A stretch of 64,000 nt of DNA from contig OZ024740.1 in the NCBI GenBank assembly GCA_964016885.1, positions 4,526,001-4,590,000 on the forward strand, in the 5' to 3' direction. The position numbers were made by a program, and so were the translations under genes. The DNA comes from Eledone cirrhosa (taxonomy: Eukaryota). Every line of letters begins with the position of its first letter. Within the stretch, counting starts at the first letter, position 1. Below, piece by piece: positions 50,601 through 64,000 of this stretch. The notes beneath the pieces are model-generated. The model did not search any database. It had not been told where the DNA came from and worked only from the letters and a program-made list of their open reading frames with translations.

Positions 50601-53600
50601 CAGAACTGGTTGTGTGGGTTAGAAAGTTTCACTAGAGGGAACAGAACTGGTTGTGTGGGTTAGAAGGTTTCTCTAGAGGGAACAGAGCTTGTTGTGTGGG
50701 TTAGATTGTTTCACTAGAGGGAACAGACCTGGTTGAGTGGGTTAGAAGGTTTCACTAGATGCAACAGAGCTGGTTGTGTGGGTTAGAAGGTTTCACTAGA
50801 GGGAGCAGAGCTCGTTGTGTGGGTTAGAAGGTTTCACTAGAGGGAACAGAGCTGGTTGTGTGGGTTAGAAGGTTTCACTAGAGGGTGCGGAGCTTGTTGT
50901 GTGGGTTAGAAAGTTTCACTAGAGGGAACAGAACTGGTTGTGTGGGTTAGAAGGTTTCCCTAGAGGGAACAGACCCGGTTGAGTGGGTTAGAAGGTTTCA
51001 ATAGAGAGAACAGAGCTGGTTGTGTGGGTTAGAAGGTTTCACTAGAGGGAGCAGAGCTTGTTGTGTGGGTTAGAAGGTTTCAATAGCGAGAACAGAGCTG
51101 GTTGTGTGGGTTAGAAGGTTTCACTAGAGGGAACAGGGCTGGTTGTGTGGGTTAGAAGGTTACACTAGAGGGAGCAGAGCTTGTTGTGTGGGTTAGAAGG
51201 TTTCACTAGAGGGACAAGAGCTGGTTGTGTGGGTTGGAAGGTTTCACTAGAAGGAACAGAGCTGGTTGTGTGGGTTGGAAGGTTTCACTAGAGGGAGCAG
51301 AGCTTGTTGTGTGGGTTTGAAGGTTTCACTAGAGGGATAAGAGCTGCTTGTGTGGGTCGGAAGTTTTCACTAGAGGGACAAGAGCTGGTGTGTGGGTTGG
51401 AAGGTTTCACCAGAAGGAGCAGCGCTGGTTGTGTGGGTTAGAAGGTTTCACTAGAAGGAGCAGAGCTGGTTGTGTGGGTTAGAAGGTTTCACTAGAGGGA
51501 GCAGAGCTTGCTGTGTGGGTTAGAAGGTTTCACTAGAGGGACAAGAGCTGGTTGTGTGGGTTGGAAGGTTTCACTAGAGGGAACAGAGCTGGTTGTGTTG
51601 GTTAGAATGTTTCACTAGAAGGAGCAGAGCTGGTTGTGTGGGTTGGAAGGTTTCACTAGAGGGAATAGAGCTGGTTGTGTGGGTTAGAAGGTTTCACTAG
51701 AAGGAACAGAGCTGGTGGTGTGGGCTAGAAGGTTTCACTAGAGGGAGCAGAGCTGGTTGTATGGGTTAGAAGGTTTCACTAGAGGGAGCAGAGCTTGTGT
51801 GGGTTAGAAGGTTCCACTAGAGGGACAAGAGCTGGTTGTGTGGTTTGGAAGGTTTCACTAGAGGGAATAGAGCTGGTTGTGTGGGTTAGAAGGTTTCACT
51901 AGAGGGAACAGAGCTTGTCGTGTGGCTTAGAAGGTTTCACTAGAGGGATCAGAGCTGGTTGTGTGGGTTAGAAGGTTTCACTAGAGGGAACAGAGCTTGT
52001 TGTGTGGGTTAGAATGTTTCACTAGAGGGAACAGAGCTGGTTGTGTGGGTTAGAAGGTTTCACTAGAAGGAGCAGAGCTGGTTGTGTGGGTTGGAATGTT
52101 TCACTAGAGGGAACAGAGCTGGTTGTGTGGGTTAGAAGGTTTCACTAGAGGGACAAGAGCTGGTTGTGTGGGTTGGAAGGTTTCACTAGAGGGAACAGAG
52201 CTGGTTGTGTGGGTTAGAAGGTTTCACTAGAGGGAACAGAGATGGTTGTGTGGGTTAGAAGGTTTCACTAGAGGGAACAGAGATGGTTGTGTGGGTTAGA
52301 AGGTTTCACTAGAGGGGGCAGAGCTGGTTGTGTGGGATAGAAGGTTTCACCAGAGGAAATAGAGCTGGTTGTGTGGGTTAGAAGGTTTCACTAGATGGAG
52401 CAGAGCTGGTTGTGTGGGTTAGAAGGTTTCACCAGAGGGAACAGAGCTTATTGTATGGGTTAGAAGGTTTCACTAGAGGGAACAGAGCTGGTTGTGTGGG
52501 TTAGAAGGTTTCACTAGAGGGAACAGAGCTGGTTGTGTGGGTTAGAAGGTTTCAGTAGAGGGAACAGAGCTTGTTGTGTGGGTTAGAAGGTTTCAATAGA
52601 TAGAACAGAGCTGGTTGTGTGGGTTAGAAGGTTTCACTAGAGGGAACAGAGCTGGTTGTGTGGGTTAGAAGGTTTCACTAGAGGGAGCAGAGCTTGTTGT
52701 GTGGGTTAGAAGGTTTCACTAGAGGGAACAGAGCTTGTTGTGTGGGTTAGAAGGTTTCACTAGAGGGAACAGAGCTGGTTGTGTGGGTTAGAAGGTTTCA
52801 ATAGAGAGAACAGAGGTGGTGGTGTGGGTTAGAAGGTTTCTCTAGAGGGAGCAGAGCTTGTTGTGTGGGTTAGAAGGTTTCACTAGAGGGAACAGAGCTG
52901 GTTGTGTGGGTTAGAAGGTTTCACTAGAGGGAGCAGAGCTTGTTGTGTGGGTTAGAAGGTTTCACTAGAGGGAGCAGAGCTTGTTGTGTGGTTTAGAAAG
53001 TTTCACTAGAGGGAGCAGAGCTTGTTGTGTGGGTTAGAAGGTTTCAATAGGGAGAACAGAGCTGGTTGTGTGGGTTAGAAGGTTTCACTAGAGGGAACAG
53101 AGCTGGTTGTGTGGGTTAGAAGGTTTCACTAGAGGGAACAGAGCTGGTTGTGTGGGTTAGAAGGTTTCAGTAGAGGGAACAGAGCTTGTTGTGTGGGTTA
53201 GAAGGTTTCAATAGAGAGAACAGAGCTGGTTGTGTGGGTTAGAAGGTTTCACTAGAGGGAACAGAGCTGGTTGTGGGGGTTAGAAGGTTTCACTAGGGGG
53301 AACAGAGCTGGTTGTGTGGGTTAGAAGGTTTCACTAGAGGGAACAGAGCTGGTTGTGTGGGTTAGAAGGTTTCACTAGAGGGAACAGAGCTGGTTGTGTG
53401 GGTTAGAAGGTTTCACTAGAGGGAGCAGAGCTTGTTGTGTGGGTTAGAAGGTTTCAATAGAGAGAACAGAGCTGGTTGTGTTGGTTAGAAGGTTTCACTA
53501 GAGGGAACAGAGCTTGTTGTGTGGGTTAGAAGGTTTCTATAAAGAGAACAGAGCTGGTGGTGTGGGTTAGAAGGTTTCACTAGAGGGAGCAGAGCTTGTT

Positions 53601-56600
53601 GTGTGGGTTAGAAGGTTTCAATGGAGAGAACAGAGCTGGTTGTGTGAGTTAGAAGGTTTCACTAGAGGGAACAGAGCTGGTTGTGTGGGTTAGAAGGTTT
53701 CACTAGAGGGAGCAGAGCTTGTTGTGTGGGTTAGAAGGTTTCACTAGAGGGACAAGAGCTGGTTGTGTGGGTTGGAAGGTTTCACTAGAGGGAATAGAGC
53801 TGGTTGTGTGTGTTAGAAGGTTTCACTAGAAGGAGCACAGCTGGTTGTGTGGGTTGGAAGGTTTCACTAGAGGGAACAGAGCTGGTTGTGTGGGTTAGAA
53901 GGTTTCACAAGAGGCAGCAGAGCTGGTTGTGTGGGTTGGAAGCTTTCACTAGAGGAAATATAGCTGGTTGTGGGGGTTAGAAGGTTCCACTAGAGGGAGC
54001 AGAGCTTGTGTGGGTTAGAAGGTTTCACTAGAGGGACAAGAGCTGGTTGTGTGGGTTGGAAGGTTTCACTAGAGGGAATAGAGCTGGTTGTGTGGGTTAG
54101 AAGGTTTCACTAGAAGGAGCAGAGCTGGTTGTGTGGGTTGGAAGGTTTCACTAAAGGGAACAGAGCTGGTTGTGTAGGTTAGAAGGTTTCACTAGAGGGA
54201 GCAGACCTGGTTGTGTGGGTTGGAAGGTTTCACTAGAGGGAATAGAGCTGGTTGTGTGGGTTAGAAGGTTTCACTAGAGGGAACAGAGCTGGTGGTGTGG
54301 GTTAGAAGGTTTCACTAGAGGGAGCAGAGCTTGTTGTGTGGGTTAGAAGGTTTCACTAGAGGGAACAGAGCTTGTTGTGTGGGTTAGAAGGTTTCACTAG
54401 AGGGAGCAGAGCTTGTTGTGTGGGTTAGAAGGTTTCAATAGAGAGAACAGAGGTGGTAGTGTGGGTTAGAAGGTTTCACTAGAGGGAGCAGAGCTTGTTG
54501 TGTGGGTTAGAAGGTTTCACTAGAGGTAACAGAGCTGGTTGTGTGGGTTAGAAGGTTTCACCAGATGGAACAGAGCTGGTTGTGTGGGTTAGAAGGTTTC
54601 ACTAGAGGGAACAGTGCTGGTATTGTGGGTTAGAAAGTTTAACTAGAGGGAGCAGAGCTTGTTGTGTGGTTTAGAAAGTTTCACTAGATGGAGCAGAGCT
54701 TGTTGTGTGGGTTAGAAGGTTTCAATAGAGGGAACAGACCTGGTTGAGTGGGTTAGAAGGTTTCACTAGACGCAACAGAGCTGGTTGTGTGGGTTAGAAG
54801 GTTTCACTAGAGGGAGCAGAGCTCGTTGTGTGGGTTAGAAGGTTTCACTAGAGGGAACAGAGCTTGTTGTGTGGGTTAGATTGTTTCACTAGAGGGAACA
54901 GACCTGGTTGAGTGGGTTAGAAGGTTTCACTAGACGCAACAGAGCTGGTTGTGTGGGTTAGAAGGTTTCACTAGAGGGAGCAGAGCTCGTTGTGTGGGTT
55001 AGAAGGTTTCACTAGAGGGAACAGAGCTGGTTGTGTGGGTTAGAAGGTTTCACTAGAGGGAGCAGAGCTCGTTGTGTGGGTTAGAAGGTTTCAGTAGAGG
55101 GAACAGAGCTGGTTGTGTGGGTTAGAAGGTTTCACTAGAGGGTGCGGAGCTTGTTGTGTGGGTTAGAAGGTTTCAATAGAGAGAACAGAGCTGGTTGTGT
55201 GGGTTAGAAGGTTTCACTAGAGGGAGCAGAGCTTGTTGTGTGGGTTAGAAGGTTTCAATAGCGAGAACAGAGCTGGTTGTGTGGGTTAGAAGGTTTCACT
55301 AGAGGGAACAGGGCTGGTTGTGTCGGTTAGAAGGTTTCACTAGAGGGAGCAGAGCTTTTTGTGTGGGTTAGAAGGTTTCAATAGAGAGAACAGAGCTGGT
55401 TGTGTGGGTTAGAAGGTTTCACTAGAGGGAGCAGAGCTTGTTGTGTGGGTTAGAAGGTTTCAATAGCGAGAACAGAACTGGTTGTGTGGGTTAGAAAGTT
55501 TCACTAGAGGGAACAGAACTGGTTGTGTGGGTTAGAAGGTTTCTCTAGAGGGAACAGAGCTTGTTGTGTGGGTTAGATTGTTTCACTAGAGGGAACAGAC
55601 CTGGTTGAGTGGGTTAGAAGGTTTCACTAGACGCAACAGAGCTGGTTGTGTGGGTTAGAAGGTTTCACTAGAGGGAGCAGAGCTCGTTGTGTGGGTTAGA
55701 AGGTTTCACTAGAGGGAACAGAGCTGGTTGTGTGGGTTAGAAGGTTACACTAGAGGGAGCAGAGCTTGTTGTGTGGGTTAGAAGGTTTCACTAGAGGGAC
55801 AAGAGCTGGTTGTGTGGGTTGGAAGGTTTCACTAGAGGGAGCAGAGCTTGTTGTGTGGGTTTGAAGGTTTCACTAGAGGGATAAGAGCTGGTTGTGTGGG
55901 TTGGAAGGTTTCACTAGAGGGACAAGAGCTGGTTGTGTGGGTTGGAAGGTTTCACCAGAAGGAGCAGAGCTGGTTGTGTGGGTTAGAAGGTTTCACTAGA
56001 AGGAGCAGAGCTGGTTGTGTGGGTTAGAAGGTTTCACTAGAGGGAGCAGAGCTTGTTGTGTGGGTTAGAAGGTTTCACTAGAGGGACAAGAGCTGGTTGT
56101 GTGGGTTGGAAGGTTTCACTAGAGGGAACAGAGCTGGTTGTGTGGGTTAGAATGTTTCACTAGAAGGAGCAGAGCTGGTTGTGTGGGTTGGAAGGTTTCA
56201 CTAGAGGGAATAGAGCTGGTTGTGTGGGTTAGAAGGTTTCACTAGAAGGAACAGAGCTGGTGGTGTGGGCTAGAAGGTTTCACTAGAGGGAGCAGAGCTG
56301 GTTGTATGGGTTAGAAGGTTTCACTAGAGGGAGCAGAGCTTGTGTGGGTTAGAAGGTTCCACTAGAGGGACAAGAGCTGGTTGTGTGGTTTGGAAGGTTT
56401 CACTAGAGGGAATAGAGCTGGTTGTGTGGGTTAGAAGGTTTCACTAGAGGGAACAGAGCTTGTCGTGTGGCTTAGAAGGTTTCACTAGAGGGATCAGAGC
56501 TGGTTGTGTGGGTTAGAAGGTTTCACTAGAGGGAACAGAGCTTGTTGTGTGGGTTAGAATGTTTCACTAGAGGGAACTGAGCTGGTTGTGTGGGTTAGAA

Positions 56601-59600
56601 GGTTTCACTAGAAGGAGCAGAGCTGGTTGTGTGGGTTGGAATGTTTCACTAGAGGGAACAGAGCTGGTTGTGTGGGTTAGAAGGTTTCACTAGAGGGAAC
56701 AGAGCTGGTTGTGTGGGTTAGAAGGTTTCACTAGAGGGAGCAGAGCTTGTTGTATGGGTTAGAAGGTTTCACTAGAGGGACAAGAGCTGGTTGTGTGGGT
56801 TGGAAGGTTTCACTAGAGGGAATAGAGCTGGTTGTGTGGGTTAGAAGGTTTCACTAGAAGGAGCAGAGCTGGTTGTGTGGGTTAGAAGGTTTCACTAGAG
56901 GGAACATAGCTGGTGGTGTGGGTTAGAAGGTTTCACTAGAGGGAACAGAGCTGGTTGTGTCGGTTAGAAGGTTTCACTAGAGGGAGCAGAGCTGGTTGTG
57001 TGGGTTGGAAGGTTTCACTAGAGGGAGTAGAGCTGGTTGTGTGGGTTAGAAGGTTTCACTAGAAGGAACAGAGCTGGTGGTGTGGCTTAGAAGGTTTCAC
57101 TAGAAGGAGCAGTGCTGGTTGTATGGTTAGAAGTTTTCACTAGAGGGAATAGAGCTGGTTGTGTGGGTTAGAAGGTTTCACTAGAGGGAGCAGAGCTTGT
57201 TGTGTGGGTTAGAAGGTTTCAATAGAGAGAACAGAGGTGGTGGTGTGGGTTAGAAGGTTTCACTAGAGGGAGCAGAGCTTGTTGTGTGGGTTAGAAGGTT
57301 TCACTAGAGGGAACAGAGCTGGTTGTGTGGGTTAGAAGGTTTCACCAGAAGGAACAGAGCTGGTTGTGTGGGTTAGAAGGTTTCACTAGAGGGAGCAGAG
57401 CTTGTTGTGTGGGTTAGAAGGTTTCAATAGAGAGAACAGAGGTGGTGGTGTGGGTTAGAAGGTTTCACTAGAGGGAGCAGAGCTTGTTGTGTGGGTTAGA
57501 AGGTTTCACTAGAGGGAACAGAGCTGGTTGTGTGGGTTAGAAGGTTTCACCAGAAGGAACAGAGCTGGTTGTGTGGGTTAGAAGGTTTCACTAGAGGAAA
57601 CAGTGCCGGTATTGTGGGTTAGAAAGTTTCACTAGAGGGAGCAGAGCTTGTTGTGTGGGTTAGAAGGTTTCACTAGAGGGAGCAGAGCTGGTTGTGTGGG
57701 TTAGAAGGTTTCACTAGAAGGAACAGAGCTTGTTGTGTGGGTTAGATTGTTTCACTAGAGGGAACAGACCTGGTTGAGTGGGTTAGAAGGTTTCACTAGA
57801 CGCAACAGAGCTGGTTGTGTGGGTTAGAAGGTTTCACTAGAGGGAGCAGAGCTTGTTGTGTGGGTTAGAAGGTTTCACTAGAGGGAACAGAGCTGGTTGT
57901 GTGGGTTAGAAGGTTTCACCAGAAGGAACAGAGCTGGTTGTGTGGGTTAGAAGGTTTCACTAGAGGGAACAGTGCCGGTATTGTGGGTTAGAAAGTTTCA
58001 CTAGAGGGAGCAGAGCTGGTTGTGTGGGTTAGAAGGTTTCACTAGAGGGAGCAGAGCTTGTTGTGTGGGTTAGAAGGTTTCACTAGAGGGAACAGAGCTT
58101 GTTGTGTGGGTTAGATTGTTTCACTAGAGGGAACAGACCTGGTTGAGTGGGTTAGAAGGTTTCACTAGACGCAACAGAGCTGGTTGTGTGGGTTAGAAGG
58201 TTTCACTAGAGGGAGCAGAGCTTGTTGTGTGGGTTCGAAGGTTTCACTAGAGGGAACAGAGCTGGTTGTGTGGGTTAGAAGGTTTCACTAGAGGGAACAG
58301 AGCTGGTTGTGTGGGTTAGAAGGTTTCACTAGAGGGAACAGAGATGGTTGTGTGGGTTAGAAGGTTTCACTAGAGGGGGCAGAGCTGGTTGTGTGGGATA
58401 GAAGGTTTCACTAGAGGAAATAGAGCTGGTTGTGTAGGTTAGAAGGTTTCACTAGATGGAGCAGAGCTGGTTGTGTGGGTTAGAAGGTTTCACCAGAGGG
58501 AACAGAGCTTATTGTATGGGTTAGAAGGTTTCACTAGACGCAACAGAGCTGGTTGTGTGGGTTAGAAGGTTTCACTAGAGGGAACAGAGCTGGTTGTGTG
58601 GGTTAGAAGGTTTCAGTAGAGGGAACAGAGCTTGTTGTGTGGGTTAGAAGGTTTCACTAGAGGGAGCAGAGCTTGTTGTGTGGGTTAGAAGGTTTCACTA
58701 GAGGGAACAGAGCTGGTTGTGTGGGTTAGAAGGTTTCACTAGAGGGAGCAGAGGATGTGGTGTGGGTTAGAAGGTTTCAATAGGGAGAACAGAGCTGGTT
58801 GTGTGGGTTAGAAGGTTTCACTAGAGGGAACAGAGCTGGTTGTGTGGGTTAGAAGGTTTCACTAGAGGGAGCAGAGCTTGTTGTGTGGGTTAGAAGGTTT
58901 CACTAGAGGGAACAGAGCTTGTTGTGTGGGTTAGAAGGTTTCACTAGAGGGAACAGAGCTGGTTGTGTGGGTTAGAAGGTTTCAATAGAGAGAACAGAGG
59001 TGGTGGTGTGGGTTAGAAGGTTTCTCTAGAGGGAGCAGAGCTTGTTGTGTGGGTTAGAAGGTTTCACTAGAGGGAACAGAGCTGGTTGTGTGGGTTAGAA
59101 GGTTTCACTAGAGGGAGCAGAGCTTGTGGTGTGGGTTAGAAGGTTTCACTAGAGGGAGCAGAGCTTGTTGTGTGGTTTAGAAAGTTTCACTAGAGCGAGC
59201 AGAGCTTGTTGTGTGGGTTAGAAGGTTTCAATAGGGAGAACAGAGCTGGTTGTGTGGGTTAGAAGGTTTCACTAGAGGGAACAGAGCTGGTTGTGTGGGT
59301 TAGTAGGTTTCACTAGAGGGAACAGAGCTGGTTGTGTGGGTTAGAAGGTTTCAGTAGAGGGAACAGAGCTTGTTGTGTGGGTTAGAAGGTTTCAATAGAG
59401 AGAACAGAGCTGGTTGTGTGGGTTAGAAGGTTTCACTAGAGGGAACAGAGCTGGTTGTGGGGGTTAGAAGGTTTCACTAGGGGGAACAGAGCTGGTTGTG
59501 TGGGTTAGAAGGTTTCACTAGAGGGAACAGAGCTGGTTGTGTGGGTTAGAAGGTTTCACTAGAGGGAGCAGAGCTTGTTGTGTGGGTTAGAAGGTTTCAC

Positions 59601-62600
59601 TAGAGGGAGCAGAGCTTGTTGTGTGGGTTAGAAGGTTTCACTAGAGGGAGCAGAGCTTGTTGTGTGGGTTCGAAGGTTTCACTAGAGGGAACAGAGCTGG
59701 TTGTGTGGGTTAGAAGGTTTCACTAGAGGGAACAGAGCTGGTTGTGTGGGTTAGAAGGTTTCACTAGAGGGAACAGAGATGGTTGTGTGGGTTAGAAGGT
59801 TTCACTAGAGGGGGCAGAGCTGGTTCTGTGGGATAGAAGGTTTCACTAGAGGGAACAGAGATGGTTGTGTGGGTTAGAAGGTTTCACTAGAAGGAGCAGA
59901 GCTGGTTGTGTGGGTTAGAAGGTTTCACTAGAGGGAGCAGAGCTTGTTGTGTGGGTTAGAAGGTTTCACTAGAGGGACAAGAGCTGGTTGTGTGGGTTGG
60001 AAGGTTTCACTAGAGGGAACAGAGCTGGTTGTGTGGGTTAGAATGTTTCACTAGAAGGAGCAGAGCTGGTTGTGTGGGTTGGAAGGTTTCACTAGAGGGA
60101 ATAGAGCTGGTTGTGTGGGTTAGAAGGTTTCACTAGAAGGAACAGAGCTGGTGGTGTGGGCTAGAAGGTTTCACTAGAGGGAGCAGAGCTGGTTGTATGG
60201 GTTAGAAGGTTTCACTAGAGGGAGCAGAGCTTGTGTGGGTTAGAAGGTTCCACTAGAGGGACAAGAGCTGGTTGTGTGGTTTGGAAGGTTTCACTAGAGG
60301 GAATAGAGCTGGTTGTGTGGGTTAGAAGGTTTCACTAGAGGGAACAGAGCTTGTCGTGTGGCTTAGAAGGTTTCACTAGAGGGATCAGAGCTGGTTGTGT
60401 GGGTTAGAAGGTTTCACTAGAGGGAACAGAGCTTGTTGTGTGGGTTAGAATGTTTCACTAGAGGGAACTGAGCTGGTTGTGTGGGTTAGAAGGTTTCACT
60501 AGAAGGAGCAGAGCTGGTTGTGTGGGTTGGAATGTTTCACTAGAGGGAACAGAGCTGGTTGTGTGGGTTAGAAGGTTTCACTAGAGGGAACAGAGCTGGT
60601 TGTGTGGGTTAGAAGGTTTCACTAGAGGGAGCAGAGCTTGTTGTATGGGTTAGAAGGTTTCACTAGAGGGACAAGAGCTGGTTGTGTGGGTTGGAAGGTT
60701 TCACTAGAGGGAATAGAGCTGGTTGTGTGGGTTAGAAGGTTTCACTAGAAGGAGCAGAGCTGGTTGTGTGGGTTAGAAGGTTTCACTAGAGGGAACATAG
60801 CTGGTGGTGTGGGTTAGAAGGTTTCACTAGAGGGAACAGAGCTGGTTGTGTCGGTTAGAAGGTTTCACTAGAGGGAGCAGAGCTGGTTGTGTGGGTTGGA
60901 AGGTTTCACTAGAGGGAGTAGAGCTGGTTGTGTGGGTTAGAAGGTTTCACTAGAAGGAACAGAGCTGGTGGTGTGGCTTAGAAGGTTTCACTAGAAGGAG
61001 CAGTGCTGGTTGTATGGTTAGAAGTTTTCACTAGAGGGAATAGAGCTGGTTGTGTGGGTTAGAAGGTTTCACTAGAGGGAGCAGAGCTTGTTGTGTGGGT
61101 TAGAAGGTTTCAATAGAGAGAACAGAGGTGGTGGTGTGGGTTAGAAGGTTTCACTAGAGGGAGCAGAGCTTGTTGTGTGGGTTAGAAGGTTTCACTAGAG
61201 GGAACAGAGCTGGTTGTGTGGGTTAGAAGGTTTCACCAGAAGGAACAGAGCTGGTTGTGTGGGTTAGAAGGTTTCACTAGAGGGAGCAGAGCTTGTTGTG
61301 TGGGTTAGAAGGTTTCAATAGAGAGAACAGAGGTGGTGGTGTGGGTTAGAAGGTTTCACTAGAGGGAGCAGAGCTTGTTGTGTGGGTTAGAAGGTTTCAC
61401 TAGAGGGAACAGAGCTGGTTGTGTGGGTTAGAAGGTTTCACCAGAAGGAACAGAGCTGGTTGTGTGGGTTAGAAGGTTTCACTAGAGGAAACAGTGCCGG
61501 TATTGTGGGTTAGAAAGTTTCACTAGAGGGAGCAGAGCTTGTTGTGTGGGTTAGAAGGTTTCACTAGAGGGAGCAGAGCTTGTTGTGTGGGTTAGAAGGT
61601 TTCACTAGAAGGAACAGAGCTTGTTGTGTGGGTTAGATTGTTTCACTAGAGGGAACAGACCTGGTTGAGTGGGTTAGAAGGTTTCACTAGACGCAACAGA
61701 GCTGGTTGTGTGGGTTAGAAGGTTTCACTAGAGGGAGCAGAGCTTGTTGTGTGGGTTAGAAGGTTTCACTAGAGGGAACAGAGCTGGTTGTGTGGGTTAG
61801 AAGGTTTCACCAGAAGGAACAGAGCTGGTTGTGTGGGTTAGAAGGTTTCACTAGAGGGAACAGTGCCGGTATTGTGGGTTAGAAAGTTTCACTAGAGGGA
61901 GCAGAGCTGGTTGTGTGGGTTAGAAGGTTTCACTAGAGGGAGCAGAGCTTGTTGTGTGGGTTAGAAGGTTTCACTAGAGGGAACAGAGCTTGTTGTGTGG
62001 GTTAGATTGTTTCACTAGAGGGAACAGACCTGGTTGAGTGGGTTAGAAGGTTTCACTAGACGCAACAGAGCTGGTTGTGTGGGTTAGAAGGTTTCACTAG
62101 AGGGAGCAGAGCTTGTTGTGTGGGTTCGAAGGTTTCACTAGAGGGAACAGAGCTGGTTGTGTGGGTTAGAAGGTTTCACTAGAGGGAACAGAGCTGGTTG
62201 TGTGGGTTAGAAGGTTTCACTAGAGGGAACAGAGATGGTTGTGTGGGTTAGAAGGTTTCACTAGAGGGGGCAGAGCTGGTTGTGTGGGATAGAAGGTTTC
62301 ACTAGAGGAAATAGAGCTGGTTGTGTAGGTTAGAAGGTTTCACTAGATGGAGCAGAGCTGGTTGTGTGGGTTAGAAGGTTTCACCAGAGGGAACAGAGCT
62401 TATTGTATGGGTTAGAAGGTTTCACTAGACGCAACAGAGCTGGTTGTGTGGGTTAGAAGGTTTCACTAGAGGGAACAGAGCTGGTTGTGTGGGTTAGAAG
62501 GTTTCAGTAGAGGGAACAGAGCTTGTTGTGTGGGTTAGAAGGTTTCACTAGAGGGAGCAGAGCTTGTTGTGTGGGTTAGAAGGTTTCACTAGAGGGAACA

Positions 62601-64000
62601 GAGCTGGTTGTGTGGGTTAGAAGGTTTCACTAGAGGGAGCAGAGGATGTGGTGTGGGTTAGAAGGTTTCAATAGGGAGAACAGAGCTGGTTGTGTGGGTT
62701 AGAAGGTTTCACTAGAGGGAACAGAGCTGGTTGTGTGGGTTAGAAGGTTTCACTAGAGGGAGCAGAGCTTGTTGTGTGGGTTAGAAGGTTTCACTAGAGG
62801 GAACAGAGCTTGTTGTGTGGGTTAGAAGGTTTCACTAGAGGGAACAGAGCTGGTTGTGTGGGTTAGAAGGTTTCAATAGAGAGAACAGAGGTGGTGGTGT
62901 GGGTTAGAAGGTTTCTCTAGAGGGAGCAGAGCTTGTTGTGTGGGTTAGAAGGTTTCACTAGAGGGAACAGAGCTGGTTGTGTGGGTTAGAAGGTTTCACT
63001 AGAGGGAGCAGAGCTTGTGGTGTGGGTTAGAAGGTTTCACTAGAGGGAGCAGAGCTTGTTGTGTGGTTTAGAAAGTTTCACTAGAGCGAGCAGAGCTTGT
63101 TGTGTGGGTTAGAAGGTTTCAATAGGGAGAACAGAGCTGGTTGTGTGGGTTAGAAGGTTTCACTAGAGGGAACAGAGCTGGTTGTGTGGGTTAGTAGGTT
63201 TCACTAGAGGGAACAGAGCTGGTTGTGTGGGTTAGAAGGTTTCACTAGAGGGAGCAGAGCTTGTTGTGTGGGTTAGAAGGTTTCACTAGAGGGAGCAGAG
63301 CTTGTTGTGTGGGTTAGAAGGTTTCACTAGAGGGAGCAGAGCTTGTTGTGTGGGTTCGAAGGTTTCACTAGAGGGAACAGAGCTGGTTGTGTGGGTTAGA
63401 AGGTTTCACTAGAGGGAACAGAGCTGGTTGTGTGGGTTAGAAGGTTTCACTAGAGGGAACAGAGATGGTTGTGTGGGTTAGAAGGTTTCACTAGAGGGGG
63501 CAGAGCTGGTTCTGTGGGATAGAAGGTTTCACTAGAGGGAACAGAGATGGTTGTGTGGGTTAGAAGGTTTCACTAGAGGGGGCAGAGCTGGTTGCGTGGG
63601 TTAGAAGGTTTCACTAGATGGAGCAGAGCTGGTTGTGTGGGTTAGAAGGTTTCACCAGAGGGAACAGAGCTTATTGTATGGGTTAGAAGGTTTCACTAGA
63701 GGGAACAGAGCTGGTTGTGTGGGTTAGAAGGTTTCACCAGAAGGAACAGGGCTGGTTGTGTGGGTTAGAAGGTTTCACTAGAGGGAACAGTGCCGGTATT
63801 GTGGGTTAGAAAGTTTCACTAGAGGGAGCAGAGCTTGTTGTGTGGGTTAGAAAGTTTCACTAGAGGGAGCAGAGCTTGTTGTGTGGGTTAGAAGGTTTCA
63901 CTAGAGGGAACAGAGCTGGTTGTGTGGGTTAGAAGGTTTCTCCAGAAGGAACAGAGCAGGTTGTGTGGGTTAGAAGGTTTCACTAGAGGGAACAGTGCCG
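23611..64000. repeat. 41-bp satellite DNA array, >40 kb (~985 monomers), runs off the window
   Basis: Consensus ACTAGAGGGA(A/G)CAGAGCT(G/T)GTTGTGTGGGTTAGAAGGTTTC; period 41 (TTTCACTAG at 23771 and 23812); one orientation throughout, no insertions seen. Confidence 0.98.

Noticed and set aside
23611-64000. Satellite or minisatellite as a CRISPR array
   Set aside because: Monomers are contiguous with no unique spacers, there are no cas genes, and the context is eukaryotic.

Overview
AT- and microsatellite-rich eukaryotic genomic DNA. The repeat repertoire suggests a mollusc, probably a cephalopod (inference only). Bases 1-23,600 are a dense nest of mobile elements, mostly inserted into (TA)n tracts: one full-length but frameshifted Tc1/mariner (rosa/DD41D-like), four large RTE LINE copies plus fragments, two tRNA-SINE families, Helitron-like pieces, a CRE-like restriction-endonuclease fragment, and several fold-back (inverted) elements, some with hammerhead-ribozyme-like cores (Penelope-like footprints). 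A 40-bp minisatellite has grown out of an RTE 3' UTR. From 23,611 to the window end there is a single array of about 985 copies of a 41-bp satellite with kb-scale higher-order duplications. No host gene can be called with confidence; only a candidate promoter and candidate exons are seen. The most striking observation is an inverted SINE pair (16.7-17.0 kb). Both arms, but not the loop, carry dense same-strand T>C changes in ADAR-preferred context, which looks like A-to-I hyper-edited RNA written back into the genome.
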